Positions 24,180-37,330 of a stretch of DNA of 64,000 bases are shown here, one piece after another. The translations under genes were made by a program, and so were the position numbers. The notes below the pieces were generated by a model. That model had not been told where the DNA came from, ran no database searches, and saw only the letters and a list, made by a program, of their open reading frames with translations. Numbering within the stretch: the first letter of the stretch is position 1; the number at the start of each line of letters is the position of its first letter. This stretch comes from Carcharhinus amblyrhynchos (lineage: Eukaryota): positions 41,912,001 to 41,976,000 of the forward strand of contig OZ336889.1 in NCBI GenBank assembly GCA_965287045.1. The letters are read 5' to 3'.

Positions 24180-25250
24180 TGAACACCAGCATCTGGATTA
24201 ATATCAAACTGCACTAAGGGTTGATATCTTTTGCTAAAACTGTTTACTACACAGGATAATTCTGAGATTGCTTTCCCTGCTGCCACCATCTTCCTTAAAT
24301 TATTCCCACTAACTGTCTCCACCCTCACTCTACCAAGCTCTCGGATTTTCAAAATTAAATCCAACTGCTTCCCCCTTATCCCTAGCCTTTTGCCCAGTGA
24401 AGCCCCAAATGCCTGCCCCTCCAGTTTCTCTCCTTTCCCTTCTCTTCTTCCTCAAGGTCATCTTATCCAAGAGAAGTACTGCTCCCACAACCCCACATAT
24501 ATATGCATTATCAGCACCTTCAGCATCTTCATTTACATGCTGTCCCTTGGCAACACCACCCAGAGGCACACTCGCACCTTCCACATAAGCTGATGACACC
24601 CAGCTCTATTTCCCAACTCTCCTGACCACTGTCGTTATGCCATGAATCAAAGTTATTGTCTTTGCAATCCCCTATCATAATCATGAACTTCATAACTTAA
24701 TCACTAACCCCATTCTCTTCCATCTCCACTGTCATGTTGAATTAGACTTTTCATAAGCTTGGTATTCTGTTCGACAACTCAGTTTCCAATTTCTATAATA
24801 TAGGAAGGATTGTCCAATTTTGTCTCGATAACATTGCCAATTTTCACTTCTAGCTCAGCTCATCTGATGCTTAAACCTCCACTCATGTCTCTATCACCCC
24901 GAGGCGCAATTGCTGCATTGATCTCCTGCACATCAAAGTTCTATTTTGTGTTCATATAATTCCATGGTTTCAACCTACCTAACCTCCTTCAGCCCTACAA
25001 CATTTAATCTTAAACTTTTCTTTAGCTCCAGGCTCTTGTCTATTTTTCACCCTATACCCATTCTGAAGCTGCTTGATTTCCATTTCTGGAACTCCTACCA
25101 TAAACCCTTCAATCACATTCTCCAAGGTCTTCCAAAAACCCTAGCTTGGTCACTATCAGTGTTCATCCTTCCCATTTCTTAAATGTTTAGCTATTATTTC
25201 ATTGATCTCATTTCTCTATGACATGCTTCAAGATGTTTTCTGTATTAAAG
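24180..25250 (+). mobile_element. Decayed L2 LINE fragment
   Basis: Remnant FIYMLSLGN...FH/ADDTQLY near 24525-24610, typical of L2 RT; C/T-rich strand bias. Confidence 0.65.
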
Positions 25251-26299
25251 ATGTTGGAGTCTCTGCTGCTGACAACATCAACACTCATCACAGTCTTAGG
25301 TGCAACTAACTGGTTGTTATTACTACAAAGTGTATAAATACTAGCTGTTGTTGTCTCCTTCAAGAGTCCAATCTGCTGTACAGAGTTTCTTTGGGCAGGG
25401 TGAACAGGAGTGTGGATGAAATGGGGAACAAACAGTAACAGAGCTATGACCCTGAACCAATTGTTGTTCTAACACAGACTTATCTTGGAGATTACCAATA
25501 GGTTACCTGTCTTCCTTTCTGATCATGTGCCTGCTAAATATTTGATGTTGGGCAACCAACATGACAAATTATATTCGGGGGGGAGTTGAGAGAAGTGGTG
25601 GCTAAGTAGAACTGGGGTGGTCAGTGCACATGCGGAATCTGATTTTGTGTTTGCAGATGACAGTTGGAACAGTAACTTTATTTATGTGACTATGATCTTT
25701 ATTTATTTAAAAGGACATATTTATCGATTGAAGTATTTTGTGATTTACCAATGTTTCTAGAAATCAATTAGAAATTAGTGTTGGCTCTGAATGAGCTAGC
25801 ATTCTCCCTCATGGTTTACAGACTCCAGAAATCCAATCCCATATATCACCCACATTTCAACCAAGCCCAGTTTCACTGTCCACACGACATCCAACCATAC
25901 TACACCACCCATGTCATCAAACAATACCCACAACTCAAAACTGTTCTGTAGGACTGCTAATCACTTTCCAGTACATCCTCTTCACCACTGCTGTACATCA
26001 GATACCCATATCCATCATACAAAAGTTATTGCTGTGGATACTCAGTTCTAAACACTAGAGATAAGTTCATTAATCAGGCAACAGAAATGAAGACGACTAT
26101 TCATTCAAAATTCAAGAATAATCATGGTCACCAAGTTAGAGTTTAAAAAAGGGGTCAAGTTATTCAATTCACCCCGTATGGTACATAGCTAGGTTCCAGT
26201 TTGAAACATATATCTGGGCATGATTTCTGTAATGAAATGAAGTAGTATTTAAACAAACTCTGATTTCAATCTCAGAAAAATAACTTTAGCATCAGAATT

Positions 26300-27290
26300 G
26301 TAATAAACAGTTATTTGGTAATGCCCTCTTACAAGTACTGTGGCAACAAGAGCAGCTCAGAAGTGAGGAATACTGCAGTGAGTAACTCATCTCCCCAACT
26401 CCCAAAGCCTGTCTGCAATCTACAAGGCACACAGCAGGAGTGTGACAGAAACACAGTAAATAGGACTAGGTCATTTGGCCCTTTGAGCCTGCTTCCCCAT
26501 TCATTATGATCATGACTGATATTCCAAATCATCAGCCTGATCCCACCTACCTCCTATATTCTTTGATCGCATTTGCCCCTTGAGCTATATTTAACTCGTT
26601 TTTGAAAACATACAATGTTTTGGCCTCAACTGCTATCTGTGGTAGTGAATTCCACAGCCTTACCACTTTCTGGGTGAAGAAATTTCTCATCTCAGTCCTA
26701 AAAGGTTTACCCCAGATCCTTAGAAAAGGCTGCCCCCACCAGCTCTGGACACCCCAACCGTCAGAAACATCCTTCTTGCATCTAGTCCTAAAAGATCCCT
26801 CCTCATACTTCTAAACTCTAGTGAATATAACCTAACTGATGGAATTCTTTCCCCTTGACTGGACGAGTGCAGCTCCAGCAACACACAAGCTTGACATCAC
26901 CCAGGACAAAACAGTCCACTTGATCGGCACCCCATCCAGAAACATTTACTCCCTCCACCGCTGTTACAGCATTGATACCATGTACAAGATGTACTTCAGG
27001 AACTCACCAAGGCTCCTTAGGCAGCACTTTCCAATCTCACAACTGCTACAGGTCAAAGGCAGCAGACATATGGTAGACCCCCTACAAGCCATTCACTACC
27101 CTGACTATGTTGCCACTCCTTCACCGTCATTGGATCAAAAATCCTTCTTAACAGCATTGTGGGTGTACCTATACCACGTGGACGTAGACCAGTGCTATAC
27201 AAAGATAGCTCACCACCACCTCCTCAACAGCAATTAGGGATGGGCAATGAATGCTGGCCTAGCTTGTGACACCCACATCCCATGATTGAA
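26300..27290 (+). mobile_element. Decayed CR1-group LINE 3' end with nested antisense CR1 fragment (~26450-26830)
   Basis: Tail CAATTAGGGATGGGCAATGAATGCTGGCCTAGC..CCCACATCCCATG at 27230-27285; inner antisense CR1 3' UTR. Confidence 0.65.
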
Positions 27291-27522
27291 TTATATATTA
27301 AAAAAAGTATAACAGCACTGACCTCAACTGATGCATGATCTTGGTAACTATTCATAATGAAGGTGACATGTTAGTTAACATGTACTTATTAATGCTGAGC
27401 TTGGTGAAGATTCAACATTTTCAGCCACATATGAATAGGACTTGGAGAACCCCTCACTGAATCAACCGCTTCCAATTCTAATTGTGGGACTGAACAGGGA
27501 CCATTCCCTCTTATAGAGTTAC

Positions 27523-27642
27523 CTGCTCTTTGATCTCTTGCAATCTGTGGCTCTGCTCCTGAATGTCCTGCAGCAGCTGGAGTGCTTTATCATCCTCCTG
27601 AGATACTTCTACACGTGCCTGCTCAAGACTGCGCTTCAGGCT
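27523..27642 (-). CDS. CIT: CIT exon ([40 protein letters not shown]), 120 nt
   Basis: Acceptor ttgcag|AGC, donor CAG|gtaact; phase 0-0. Confidence 0.96.
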
Positions 27643-28389
27643 CTGCAAAATCAGAATCACAACACCAGTCAGGCAATAAGGAAAGCCTTCAGGCAGATAC
27701 ATAATTCTTAATCACTTGGATACAACAGTGAAAGGATCAAATCCTTTGGGACAATTTAGGCACATTTGTGTGCTGTTGCTGCAAAATTAAATTAATCTCA
27801 TTAGCAGTGGCCTATAAACAAAAAATCTCAAAGTAAATCTGACCATACCACCTGCCCATAAAAACTGAAATCAATTCAACAAACATTTTTGTCTTTTCAT
27901 TTTCACATTATAATTGAGTGCCATCAATGCTTTAGGTGATGAGGCTAATATGTGAACAATCAACTAAGTTTACACAAGAGCCAGTTTTATTTTAATATGC
28001 TGCAGTAAAGTCAAGCAAAATTGTCAGCTACAAAAAACAAAATAGACTCATTAAGGAAATCTGGTTAGCCAGAACTTAACTTTAATGCATCCTATAAAAA
28101 TGTACCTATTAAGCATCTTCTTCTGTTATTTTATGGGAAAGTTTAGTGAAGAGCATAAGACCTCATTTGCCTTGCAGTAGACAACAATGAAATCTACACC
28201 ACGGATAGTTAATACAAATTATTTGTCTGTGTACTGGTGTAAATAGTACTTGAAAGTTAAGAAACCCAAGAACACATTCCCCAGCCAGAGGAAACAACCT
28301 TTCAATATCTACCCTGTGAAGCCCCTTCAGAATTTTGTAGGTTGCAATGAGATCATTCTCTCTTCTAAATTCCAAAGAATTTAGACCTA

Positions 28390-28755
28390 ATTTAGAAAAC
28401 ATTCTTTCTGGTTGTATCACAGCTTGGTATGGCTCTTGCTCTGCCCAAGATCGCAAGGAACTACAAAAGGTCATGAATGTAGACCAATCCATCACACACA
28501 CTGTGTATACTTCCCGCTGCCTCGGCAAAGCAACCAGCATAATTAAGGACCTCATCCTGGACATTCTCTCTTCCACCTTCTTCCTTCAGGAGAAAGGTAC
28601 AAAAGTCTCAGGTCACATACCAACCGACTCAAAAGCAGCTTCTTCTCTATACCTTAGCTATGACTGTAACACTACATTCTGCATTCTCTCATTTCCTTCT
28701 CTATGAACAGTATGTTTTCATTGTATGTTAATACATGTAACAATAATAAATCAAA
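28390..28755 (+). mobile_element. Rex/Babar-like LINE 3' end
   Basis: ENILSGCITAWYGSCSAQDRKELQKV followed by the shared 3' UTR and AATAAATCAAAT tail. Confidence 0.8.
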
Positions 28756-29558
28756 TAATTTACTCAACCTCTCATCGTAGAACAACTCTGTCAACCCATG
28801 GGCCAATCCAGTGAATCTTTGCTGTACTGCCTCCAATGCAAATATATCCCTCCTTAAAAACTTCAGACAGTATTCCATGATTGTAGCAAGACTTCTTTAA
28901 AATAAACATGCCAGATGCTTTTCTAATTGTTTGCTGTATCTGCATGCTAATCTTTTGTAATTCCTTTATGAGTAAGCCCAAGTCCATCTGAACACAAGTA
29001 TTTTAAAAAATATTCTGCTTTTCTTTCCTTAAGGCCAAAGTGAATATCATCACCCTTCCCCACATTATACTCCATCTGTCATCTAGTTAACACATTCCAA
29101 ATCTCTGCAACTATCTCTATTAGCACCATAGGATGTCCATCAGTTCCTGGGGATTTGCTTAATTTTAGTCTCGAGTTCCTCCATGCTTTTTCTTCTGCCA
29201 ATATTACTCATTTTAATTTCCTGTCTCTTAATAGCCCCTAGATTACCCTCTATCATTGGTATATAATTTGCGTCTTCTACTTGAAGACAGACAAAATATT
29301 GGTTCAATGCCTCTGCTGTTTCCTCATTCCCCATAATTTGTCCTGTGTCTGCTTCTAAAAATCTAATAATTACTTTAGCTGCTCTCTTTTTTAGTTCTTG
29401 CAATCAGTTTTTATATTCATGCTTAATTTACTGAATTCTATTGTTATATCAAATTTTTTGTTATCTTTTGCTATTATTTAAAACTTTCTCAATCCTCAGA
29501 CTTACTTCTTCACAACATCATAAGCATTTTCTTTTTATCTCATACTATCCATAACTTC

Positions 29559-29862
29559 TAAGTTTAAAGTTTATTTATTAGTGTCACATGCAGGCTTACA
29601 TTAACACTGCAATGAAGTTACTGTGAAAAATCCCCTAGTCTCCACACTCTGGCGCCTGTTCGGGCACACTGAGGGCCAATTTAGCATAGACAACACACCA
29701 AACCAGCACGTCTTTCAGACTGTGGGAGGAAATCGGAGCACCCGGAGGAAACCCACGCAGACATGGGGAGAAGTGCAGACTTCACACAGACAGTGGCTCA
29801 AGCCAGGAATTGAACCTAGCTCCCTGATACTGTGAGGCAGCAGTGCTAACCACTGTGCCACC
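29559..29862 (-). mobile_element. HE1-like V-SINE (alternative TAAACT-type tail)
   Basis: Same head and core as 22109-22388, with tail ...GGATTTTTCACAGTAACTTCATTGCAGTGTTAATGTAAGCC...GTGACACTAATAAATAAACTT. Confidence 0.88.
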
Positions 29863-29950
29863 TTATCAGCATAGCTGTTAGCAAGGGGTTAGACAAGGTG
29901 AAATTTTTCTGTGAATTTTTGCTTTCAACGGAATGTATTTTGAATTGTTT

Positions 29951-30095
29951 TTGATAAGAGAGGAGATTAAGGGTTATGGGGAGAGGGCCGGAAAGTGGAA
30001 CTGAGCCACGACAGATCAGCCATGATCTTATTGAATGGCGGGGCAGGCTCGAAGGGCCAGATGGCCTACTCCTGCTCCTATTTCTTATGTTCTTA
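29951..30095 (+). mobile_element. Young, severely 5'-truncated CR1 copy
   Basis: About 2 mismatches to the 3' end of 46091-47383; TSD TGAATTGTTT (29941-29950 and 30096-30105); (TTCTTATG)n tail. Confidence 0.92.
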
Positions 30096-30943
30096 TGAAT
30101 TGTTTCTTTAAATGTTTTCCACTGTTCATTTTCAACTACTTTTTAAATCAACCATAGCCAGCTTTCCTTTGATATCTACATAAATGGTTTGTTTAAGATT
30201 CTTGTTTGTGATCAGAGTACATCATTTCCAACCTAATGTGGATTTCAGTTACATTATGATCTTCATTTCCTTGTGGATCTTGTATTGTGTCATTACTAAT
30301 AAACTCAGCCTCATAGCTCAATCCTAGATCTAAATTTTTTTTCCCCCCTAGTTTGGTCCACAACATATTGCTTCAGGAAACTATCACAAAAGCATTCTAC
30401 AAATTCATCTTTCAGGCCACCTTCACCAAGATCAAAGTCCCCCAAAGCCAATGCATTGCCTTTGTTACAAGCTCCAGTGAATTATTGTTTAATACCCTGT
30501 CCAACAGTATAACTATTGTGAGGGGGCCTATGAACTACTGGCATTAGATTTTCTGCCGCATGCTAGTAGAATACATTGGGTTCTATTTGCACTCAAGGCT
30601 CTTCTTTCTTTAGAGGTTTTTTAAAAAGTTACCAATTTTTCTTGACTAAAAATGTAATGGCCCCACAATTCATGTCATTATTGTGTTTATGTTATTGCCA
30701 GTGAAGCACACTATCCTACATCTTTGCAGCTTGCATGAATCCCATCTCAGTCACAGTTCAGTGCCAAGCTAACGACATTTCCAGTTGTACATAATGATGG
30801 AAATTACGTTGGCTTGGGCAGCATTGGAATATTAACATTTTAGTCGTGTTGGTCTTTATTCCTGTGTTACATTTGCACTATAAAGGAATCTGCAAACCAA
30901 AGTCTGAGTAAGCTCTGATTGGAACTAAGAGAAGAGAAGGAAA

Positions 30944-30983
30944 TATTTTGAGTGCTTCAACGTTATTTTGAGTGCTTCAACGT
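30944..30983. repeat. 20-bp tandem duplication TATTTTGAGTGCTTCAACGT x2
   Basis: Direct reading. Confidence 0.85.
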
Positions 30984-32182
30984 TTACTGATCGAGTATAA
31001 TGACTGATGCTAGTTTGAGGACGTACTCCTGGAATATTTCCGAATTTAGTTGCCTTCTTGACTTACAGTTGAAGATATGCTTCTTACAATAATTCTTTAG
31101 ATCATGCCTGAAAAATAAATCTATCAATAACAGCAACTACTCAGAAGCTTGAAATTGGCATTGAGAACTAAAATGCTAGTCAGTGGACACTGCAGTTAAA
31201 GATTGTGGGTATCAATCACTGAGAATCTCTGATAACAGTTCTTAAAATTAGGTGATCATATTGACAGAAATTGCTTGGGAAGGTTCTGTCTAAATTTTGG
31301 TGGGCAAATTTGCTGTATGCTATGGAATGAAAATACACAAGCAAGAAATTCTCTGTTCAATTCATAAATTTGTGCTGACTCCATAATCTCAAGGACGACA
31401 CTATCTGGCCTCAGCATTTGTGGCTTAAAGAAAGGTAAAGGCTTTGGTTGCATACCGTATGCCAATAATAGAATTGCACACAGCCAAAGGTTAAGCTCTG
31501 GTGCAGTAGCTCTCCATATTTAAATAGGCTATTACTAAACACTGTTCAGGTATAAAGAAAAATTGTGACGTTTGGGGGAAAGAGAGGGGACACTGTGCAC
31601 GGCAGGGAACCGGCAGAATAGTAAAGTCAACATTTCATTATAAAGGTACTTGCATTACGATAATAACGCCCAGAAAGATTTACGCAATTGCACCAACGCA
31701 AAGCATCCAGGCAAAAAGAAAAATATTTCAGTCTATGGCAGGACACACTGTGCCAGCCAATGATGGTACAAATACATTTCCTACTAGAAACATATATTCC
31801 TCCCTCAGAAAGTCTGTTTATAAACACACAAGTTCTCCACATACTTTCCCTTTTAAATTACAAATAAAACGGATAATATAACAAGAACTGGCATTCGTAT
31901 AATAGCAAAAATGACCATGACAGCATAGTCAGACAAAATTTGCAATCAAGCACACAAGGAGATATTAGGAAAAACTTGCTCAAACAGACAGATTTCAAGG
32001 AGTGTCTCAAACAAGAAAGCAGGGAATTCCAATCTGGGAGTCAAGAAGGCTGAGGTCATTGAAGTCAATCATGGGACTAAAGAAACTCTGAGATGTTCAA
32101 AAAACCGAAGTTCTCTTGGCCATATGGAGGTAACCTGAGAGTCATTCTAGCCACACTCCAATATAAAGTGGTTTCTACCTAC

Positions 32183-32326
32183 ACTACATTCTGTTATGTA
32201 CGTGGCTAAGTCCTGCTCCATGATTGATTTCTGAGTTTCAGCTGCCTGAAGTTCCACATCTTTTTGCTCAAGTGCTGTTTCCAGTTCAGAAACTTTACGT
32301 TGCAAATGGGTGACTTCTTGATCCAT
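32183..32326 (-). CDS. CIT: CIT exon, coiled coil ([48 protein letters not shown]), 144 nt
   Basis: Acceptor (t)n-ctag|ATG, donor AGT|gtaggt; phase 0-0; translated by hand, not in the ORF track. Confidence 0.95.
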
Positions 32327-33329
32327 CTAGAAAAAAAAAAGCAGAATATCAAATAAAGCCATCAATTTTTTCACAACCAGCACAGAGAAGTCTTAAATGC
32401 TCATCATATCCAAAATTTCTGATTGATAGTTGATTATATTTCTGCTCATTTTAGCTATAACTCACAAGTGAAGATGATGGAGGCCATTTTGTGTAACTCA
32501 ACTTATTGATCTCCTAAAACATCTACTGATCTTGCTCTATTACAGTAGCCCATCTGTCTCATGCATCATTCCAAGGTTTTTGCATTTGTGGTCCTACTTG
32601 GAAAATCAACCAGTTATTCATGTTATGTGAAGACATTCCTGACTTCTACCTAAAGTCTTTACCAATTTGAGCTTGTGCTTCCCTGTTGCAATGTCATAAC
32701 TTATTTAGCTTGAAGCAGTGTTCCAGACTCACCTTCTATACAATACCTTTTAATATCCCCTTTATAATGCACCTTCTCATCAAAACACTCAATATTACTG
32801 GTTCACCTCAATACGCATTATTCTGATAGCAAGAATCATTCCATTGCTCTCCTCTGCACCTTCGCCATAGTTCACACATTTCGCTCATCACTACTTAATC
32901 AGTACTCCAATAATGATATGACCAAAGTAAAATGCACTTTCCACGTGACAAGTACAATGTTTGAGAGAGAAAGACACATTGAGTTGCTAGCGCTTGATAG
33001 CATCAATCATTAGCAACATTTCAGAGACAGACCATATGGCTGTGAGTGGAGAGCAGCTGGTGTAATTCCACCATTTATATAGCACGAACATGACCACAGG
33101 ACTAGTTATCTTTGTGTTGGTTGGCAGAAGCCAATAGAGTACTGAAGATACTGACTTCATCTATCAAAAAAAGGAGCAGGATAAACAAAACATGGATTGA
33201 AGTAAGCACCTGACATTTTTGTTTAAAAGTGAACGTACATCACTTAAAAATGAAAGCTAACATTTCCAGAAAGTTTTTCATAAGATCCTCTCAAATTGGT
33301 GATTCTTTGGATGAGATCAGATAGATATG

Positions 33330-33970
33330 AATGGAACCGATGAGTGCAGTCCCAGCTGGATGATAACTGGGAGGCATTGGAAAAGGATGATGCAATCAAC
33401 TGTGTCAAAGGCCGCAGCCTGGTCCAAAAGGTTGAAGGGGACTAGTGCCTTTTCACGGCTACTTATGACATTTCTGGCTTTTACATATGAGCTATTTCAG
33501 TACTGTTAGAGGTGGTGGAAACTTGAATGGAGGTCTTCAGACGGAGTTCCAGGAAATATGGGAACAAATTTGGTTGGCTGCAAAATATTCAAGGATTTGA
33601 GGGTTAAAGAGAGGTTACACAAAGGATGGAGGTCAGCAAGGGTGGAAGGATCAGTTGAGGTGAGGGGTGATGAAGGCGGACTTGGAGGAGAGAAGGAAAG
33701 AACCTGAGACGAAAGAACCATTAGCAATGTCAGCTAACAGGCAGCAGGAAGGAAAGCTGGGTAGCAAGAAGGTAGATGTCATGTTGATAAAAAGAGGAGC
33801 TCAGAGAGGACATAAAAACCAGAGAAAGAAACACATTCAGGGAAACTGTCAGGGGAGCTTCAGACAAGGTTTAGCCTGGTAGGCCAGGGGAAGGGAGGAA
33901 ATAACGCAGACAGTTGCTCGGATGGTTTGATTCTTGATAATAAAGAAATTCACGCGCTCCTCATACTTGT
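33330..33970 (-). mobile_element. Decayed L2 LINE fragment
   Basis: Minus strand near 33380-33435 reads LLDQAAAFDTVDCIILFQ, matching the L2 RT LLDLSAAFDTVDH motif. Confidence 0.65.
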
Positions 33971-34208
33971 AATCAGAGGCAAGAGTGGAGGCAACAGCTT
34001 ACTCAGTTAATTGCACCACTGAAAACCAAACTTTACTTCATTAGTAAGATTGATTATTTTAAAGAAATGCAAAAGTAAAATGTTTGCATAATTTGTTCAT
34101 GGGATGTTAATGTAATTGACAAGGTCAGCATTTATTGTGTATTCCTAATTTCCTTTGAGAAGGTGGCAGTGCGTTGCCTTCTTGAACCATTATAAGTCCA
34201 TCTGCTGT

Positions 34209-34460
34209 TAAAGTTTATTTATTAGTCACCTGTAAGGCTTACATTAACACTGCAATGAAGTTACTATGAAATTCCCCTAGTCGCCACATTCTGGTGCCTG
34301 CTCGGATCAATGTACCTAACCAGCACATCTTTCAGACTGTGGGAGGAAACCACAGCACCTGAAGGAAACCCATGCAGACATGAGGAGAATGTGCAAAATC
34401 CATCCAAACCAGGAATCAAACCCAGGTCCCTGGCACTGAGGCAGCAGTGCTAACCACCAT
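34209..34460 (-). mobile_element. HE1-like V-SINE (alternative tail) nested in a CR1-group LINE relic (~34090-35120)
   Basis: Homologous to 29559-29862. Confidence 0.85.
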
Positions 34461-35655
34461 GCTGTGAGTCAATGACAAAGAAGTAACGACAATGTTGTTC
34501 CAAGTCAAGATGGTATATTCCTGAAGGGGTGGGGTGGGATTTGTAGGTGGTGGTGTTCCCAGGCATCTTTTAGGTGGTGAGATCACAGGTTTTGTGATTT
34601 GCTGCAGTGCATTTTGTAGATGGTACACACAGCTACCACCCTGTGCCAATGGAGGAATGAGTGAATATTTAAGTGATGGATGAGGTACCAAACAGACTGC
34701 TTTGTCCTGTAAGGTACAGCACTGAACTGTTGGAGTCTTGTTGTTAGATTTACACATCCAGGCAAATAGTTAAATTTTCCATCACACTCCTGATTTGTGC
34801 TTCATCATAGCAGGCAAGTTTTGGGAGTCATGATGTGTATTACTCACTGCAAGGTTCCCAGCCTCCAATCTGATCTTGTAATTACAGTACTTATTTGGCT
34901 GGTTCAGTTGAGTTTCTGGTTAATGGTAACTCCCAGGAAATTGATGGTGAGGGGAATTTAGTGATGCTAATGCTATTGAATGTCAAGAAGAGATGACTAT
35001 AGTCTCTCTTATTAGAGATGGTCATTGTCTGACAATTGTGTGGTGTGAATGTTACATACCACCCATCAACTGAAGTTTGAATGCTAATCAGATAATGCTG
35101 CATGGACTGTTTCTATCTCTGATCAAATTCATGGGACATGACTTAACCAATCATTTTTAGCATCACTCCAGGCATTTAGAATGTGGAAATTAGAATGCAC
35201 AATAATGCCACTGATTTCACTCTTTTTATACCAATTTTTATATTCTGGCATCGTCAAATGAGCTCTACGGGAAATTTGGGACTAAGACAATATTGTTAAG
35301 GTCAACACAAAGACACAAATCTTTGTGCAATATTTGTGCAACTATGATCTAAGAAATAATAGGCTATAATATTTTAGGTCATTCTGCCTTTACAAAACAA
35401 TGCAATATATCACTTATAAAATCTATGAAGCCAACTATGAGATCACACTCAGTGGTCTGAACAGAAACTCTATATCCAATGTGGTGGTAAAATATGACAA
35501 TCTTCAAATGGGGGCTGCGGGGGTAAGGGAAGTAAAAATAAAGAGAGACAGTGTTATCCATTCGGCAGTTGATAATCAGGAGGAATGTGGAACTTTTTGC
35601 CTTGTCCAAGGTAGCAAAACAAGTCAAACAAAGAAAAACAGTGTACCATATATAC

Positions 35656-35761
35656 CTTATGACATGTATCCTGTGACTCCTGCAGTTCTTTGTTCTTTAA
35701 TAGCAACTTTTTTTCCAGGGAGTTAGTCTTGGCTGGAGAGTCCATCAGTGACGTTACTGAC
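35656..35761 (-). CDS. CIT: CIT exon ([35 protein letters not shown]), 106 nt
   Basis: Acceptor ccag|G, donor AAG|gtatat; phase 2-0. Confidence 0.95.
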
Positions 35762-36759
35762 CTGGAAACAAGAATGGGATTATTTATGGAGTTAGTTTCA
35801 GTTGTAGTGCATCATTTATGATTGCCCTCAGTGTGTTTAAAATTAATGTAAGTGGCCAGAATTCGTTAACTTGGTAGTGCGTAACTAGAGAGAAAATGAG
35901 AGAGAAAAAGAGAGAAAAGCACCAAAATAACTTTACCATAGAAGAGTTAATCTTTCCAAAAACATGGATACCTGGTCAATGACATCCTCCTGCAATACGT
36001 GAAATTCACGTGATTCGGCAAAAAGAAATCTGCACTAACACCCAAACACAACCATGTTGCCAAGCCAGAAGGTCGCTCCACCGTCAGAGCCTCCCAAGTT
36101 ACACTGCTGCTATCAGGATCATTAAGACCATCAGACTCTACGTGCTGTTGGCATTTTGTATGGCCCAATATGCTGTAACAGCGACAGTACACCTTGCTAT
36201 CTATTCTAATTGAGGAAGAAACCATCATGTACTAGAGAAAGAGCTTACTTTACCATTTAGCCAAAGTGAAATTACTGAAACTTTCATTTTTGCTGCAGTG
36301 CAGCCAAACTCCAAATCGAAGTGAGCTGCATTGGGAAGAGCATCAAGTATTTTGAGAAGCTAAGCAAAGATCTACCATGTGAATGGAAGCCAGGTCAGTA
36401 TAATCAGTGCTTATTGAACTGAAATTATCAAATAATTGGTGTGATGGTTCCAGGCCAGGTTATGTCCACATCTACTCAATTTTGATTTTGATGGAAGGCA
36501 CAAGGGTCAGTGGATTAATATGATACATGTCAATTGTCTCAAGCATTTCTTGCTTCATTATGATATAGGTGATATCATTAGTCTCACTATTTGCCCAATC
36601 TTCGTTGTTCCAAGGAGATTTTAGTCAACTTTCTTTACTGCCAGTTTTTAACAACCTGCTAAATGACTTGGGAGAAAAAGATACAGTGTTTGGGATTGGA
36701 GTGCCATAGATCAAACTGGGATTAATGAATTGGTTACATTCAAAGACATTACTATTGCA

Positions 36760-37330
36760 AGATCACCTACCATTAATACCCTGGAGGTGGTCATTGACCA
36801 GAAATTTAGCTGGACCAGACAAATAAGTTCCAAGACTAAATGAGAAGCTCAGACTAGGAATCCTGAAGTGAGTAACTCACCTCCTAGCTATCTAAAACTT
36901 GTCCACCGACTACAAGGCACAAGTCAGGACTGTGATGGAATACTTTGCTTGCTCAGATAGGTGAAGCTCTAACCACACACTGACACTATCCAGGACAAAA
37001 CAGCCTATTTGACAGGCACTCCATCCACCACAGTGACAGCAGTGGATACCATCCACAAAATGCACTGCAGCAATTTGTCCTTTGACAGCAACTTCCAAAT
37101 CAGTGACATGGGCAGTAAGTAGATCATGGGAACACCACCTGGAGGTTACATTCCAGGCCTTAAACTATCTTGGCATGGAACTGTACTGCCTTCCTTTACT
37201 GCATCTAGGTTTATTACCTGGAATTTCCTTTCTAACAGCTCTGTAAATGTGCTGATACCAAGTAGATTGCTGTAATTCAAAGAGATGACTCACCACCATC
37301 TTTTCAAGGGCAAATAGGGAAGGGATAACA
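36760..37330 (+). mobile_element. Decayed CR1-group LINE 3' end
   Basis: Homologous to 56650-57400; tail CTCACCACCATCTTTTCAAGGGCAAATAGGGA. Confidence 0.6.

Larger units (their letters stand above)
28760..30550 (-). mobile_element. Old CR1 LINE relic hosting a SINE and a young CR1 tail
   Basis: Fragments DIFALEAVQQRFT, DLGLLIKELQKISMQIQQTIRKASGM and MGNEETAEALNQYF in the ORF track. Confidence 0.75.

Noticed and set aside
31540-31830. Repeat-free, mildly CpG-enriched intronic block as a possible enhancer (similar blocks near 50100-50700 and 53000-53200)
   Set aside because: Cannot be supported without cross-species alignment or chromatin data.
32821-32870. Orthologue of the rodent CIT-N first exon (MLLGEEAM)
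   Set aside because: No usable donor in frame; the minus strand reads KVQRRA, typical of a CR1 RT remnant. I found no MLLGEEAM-like exon by eye.
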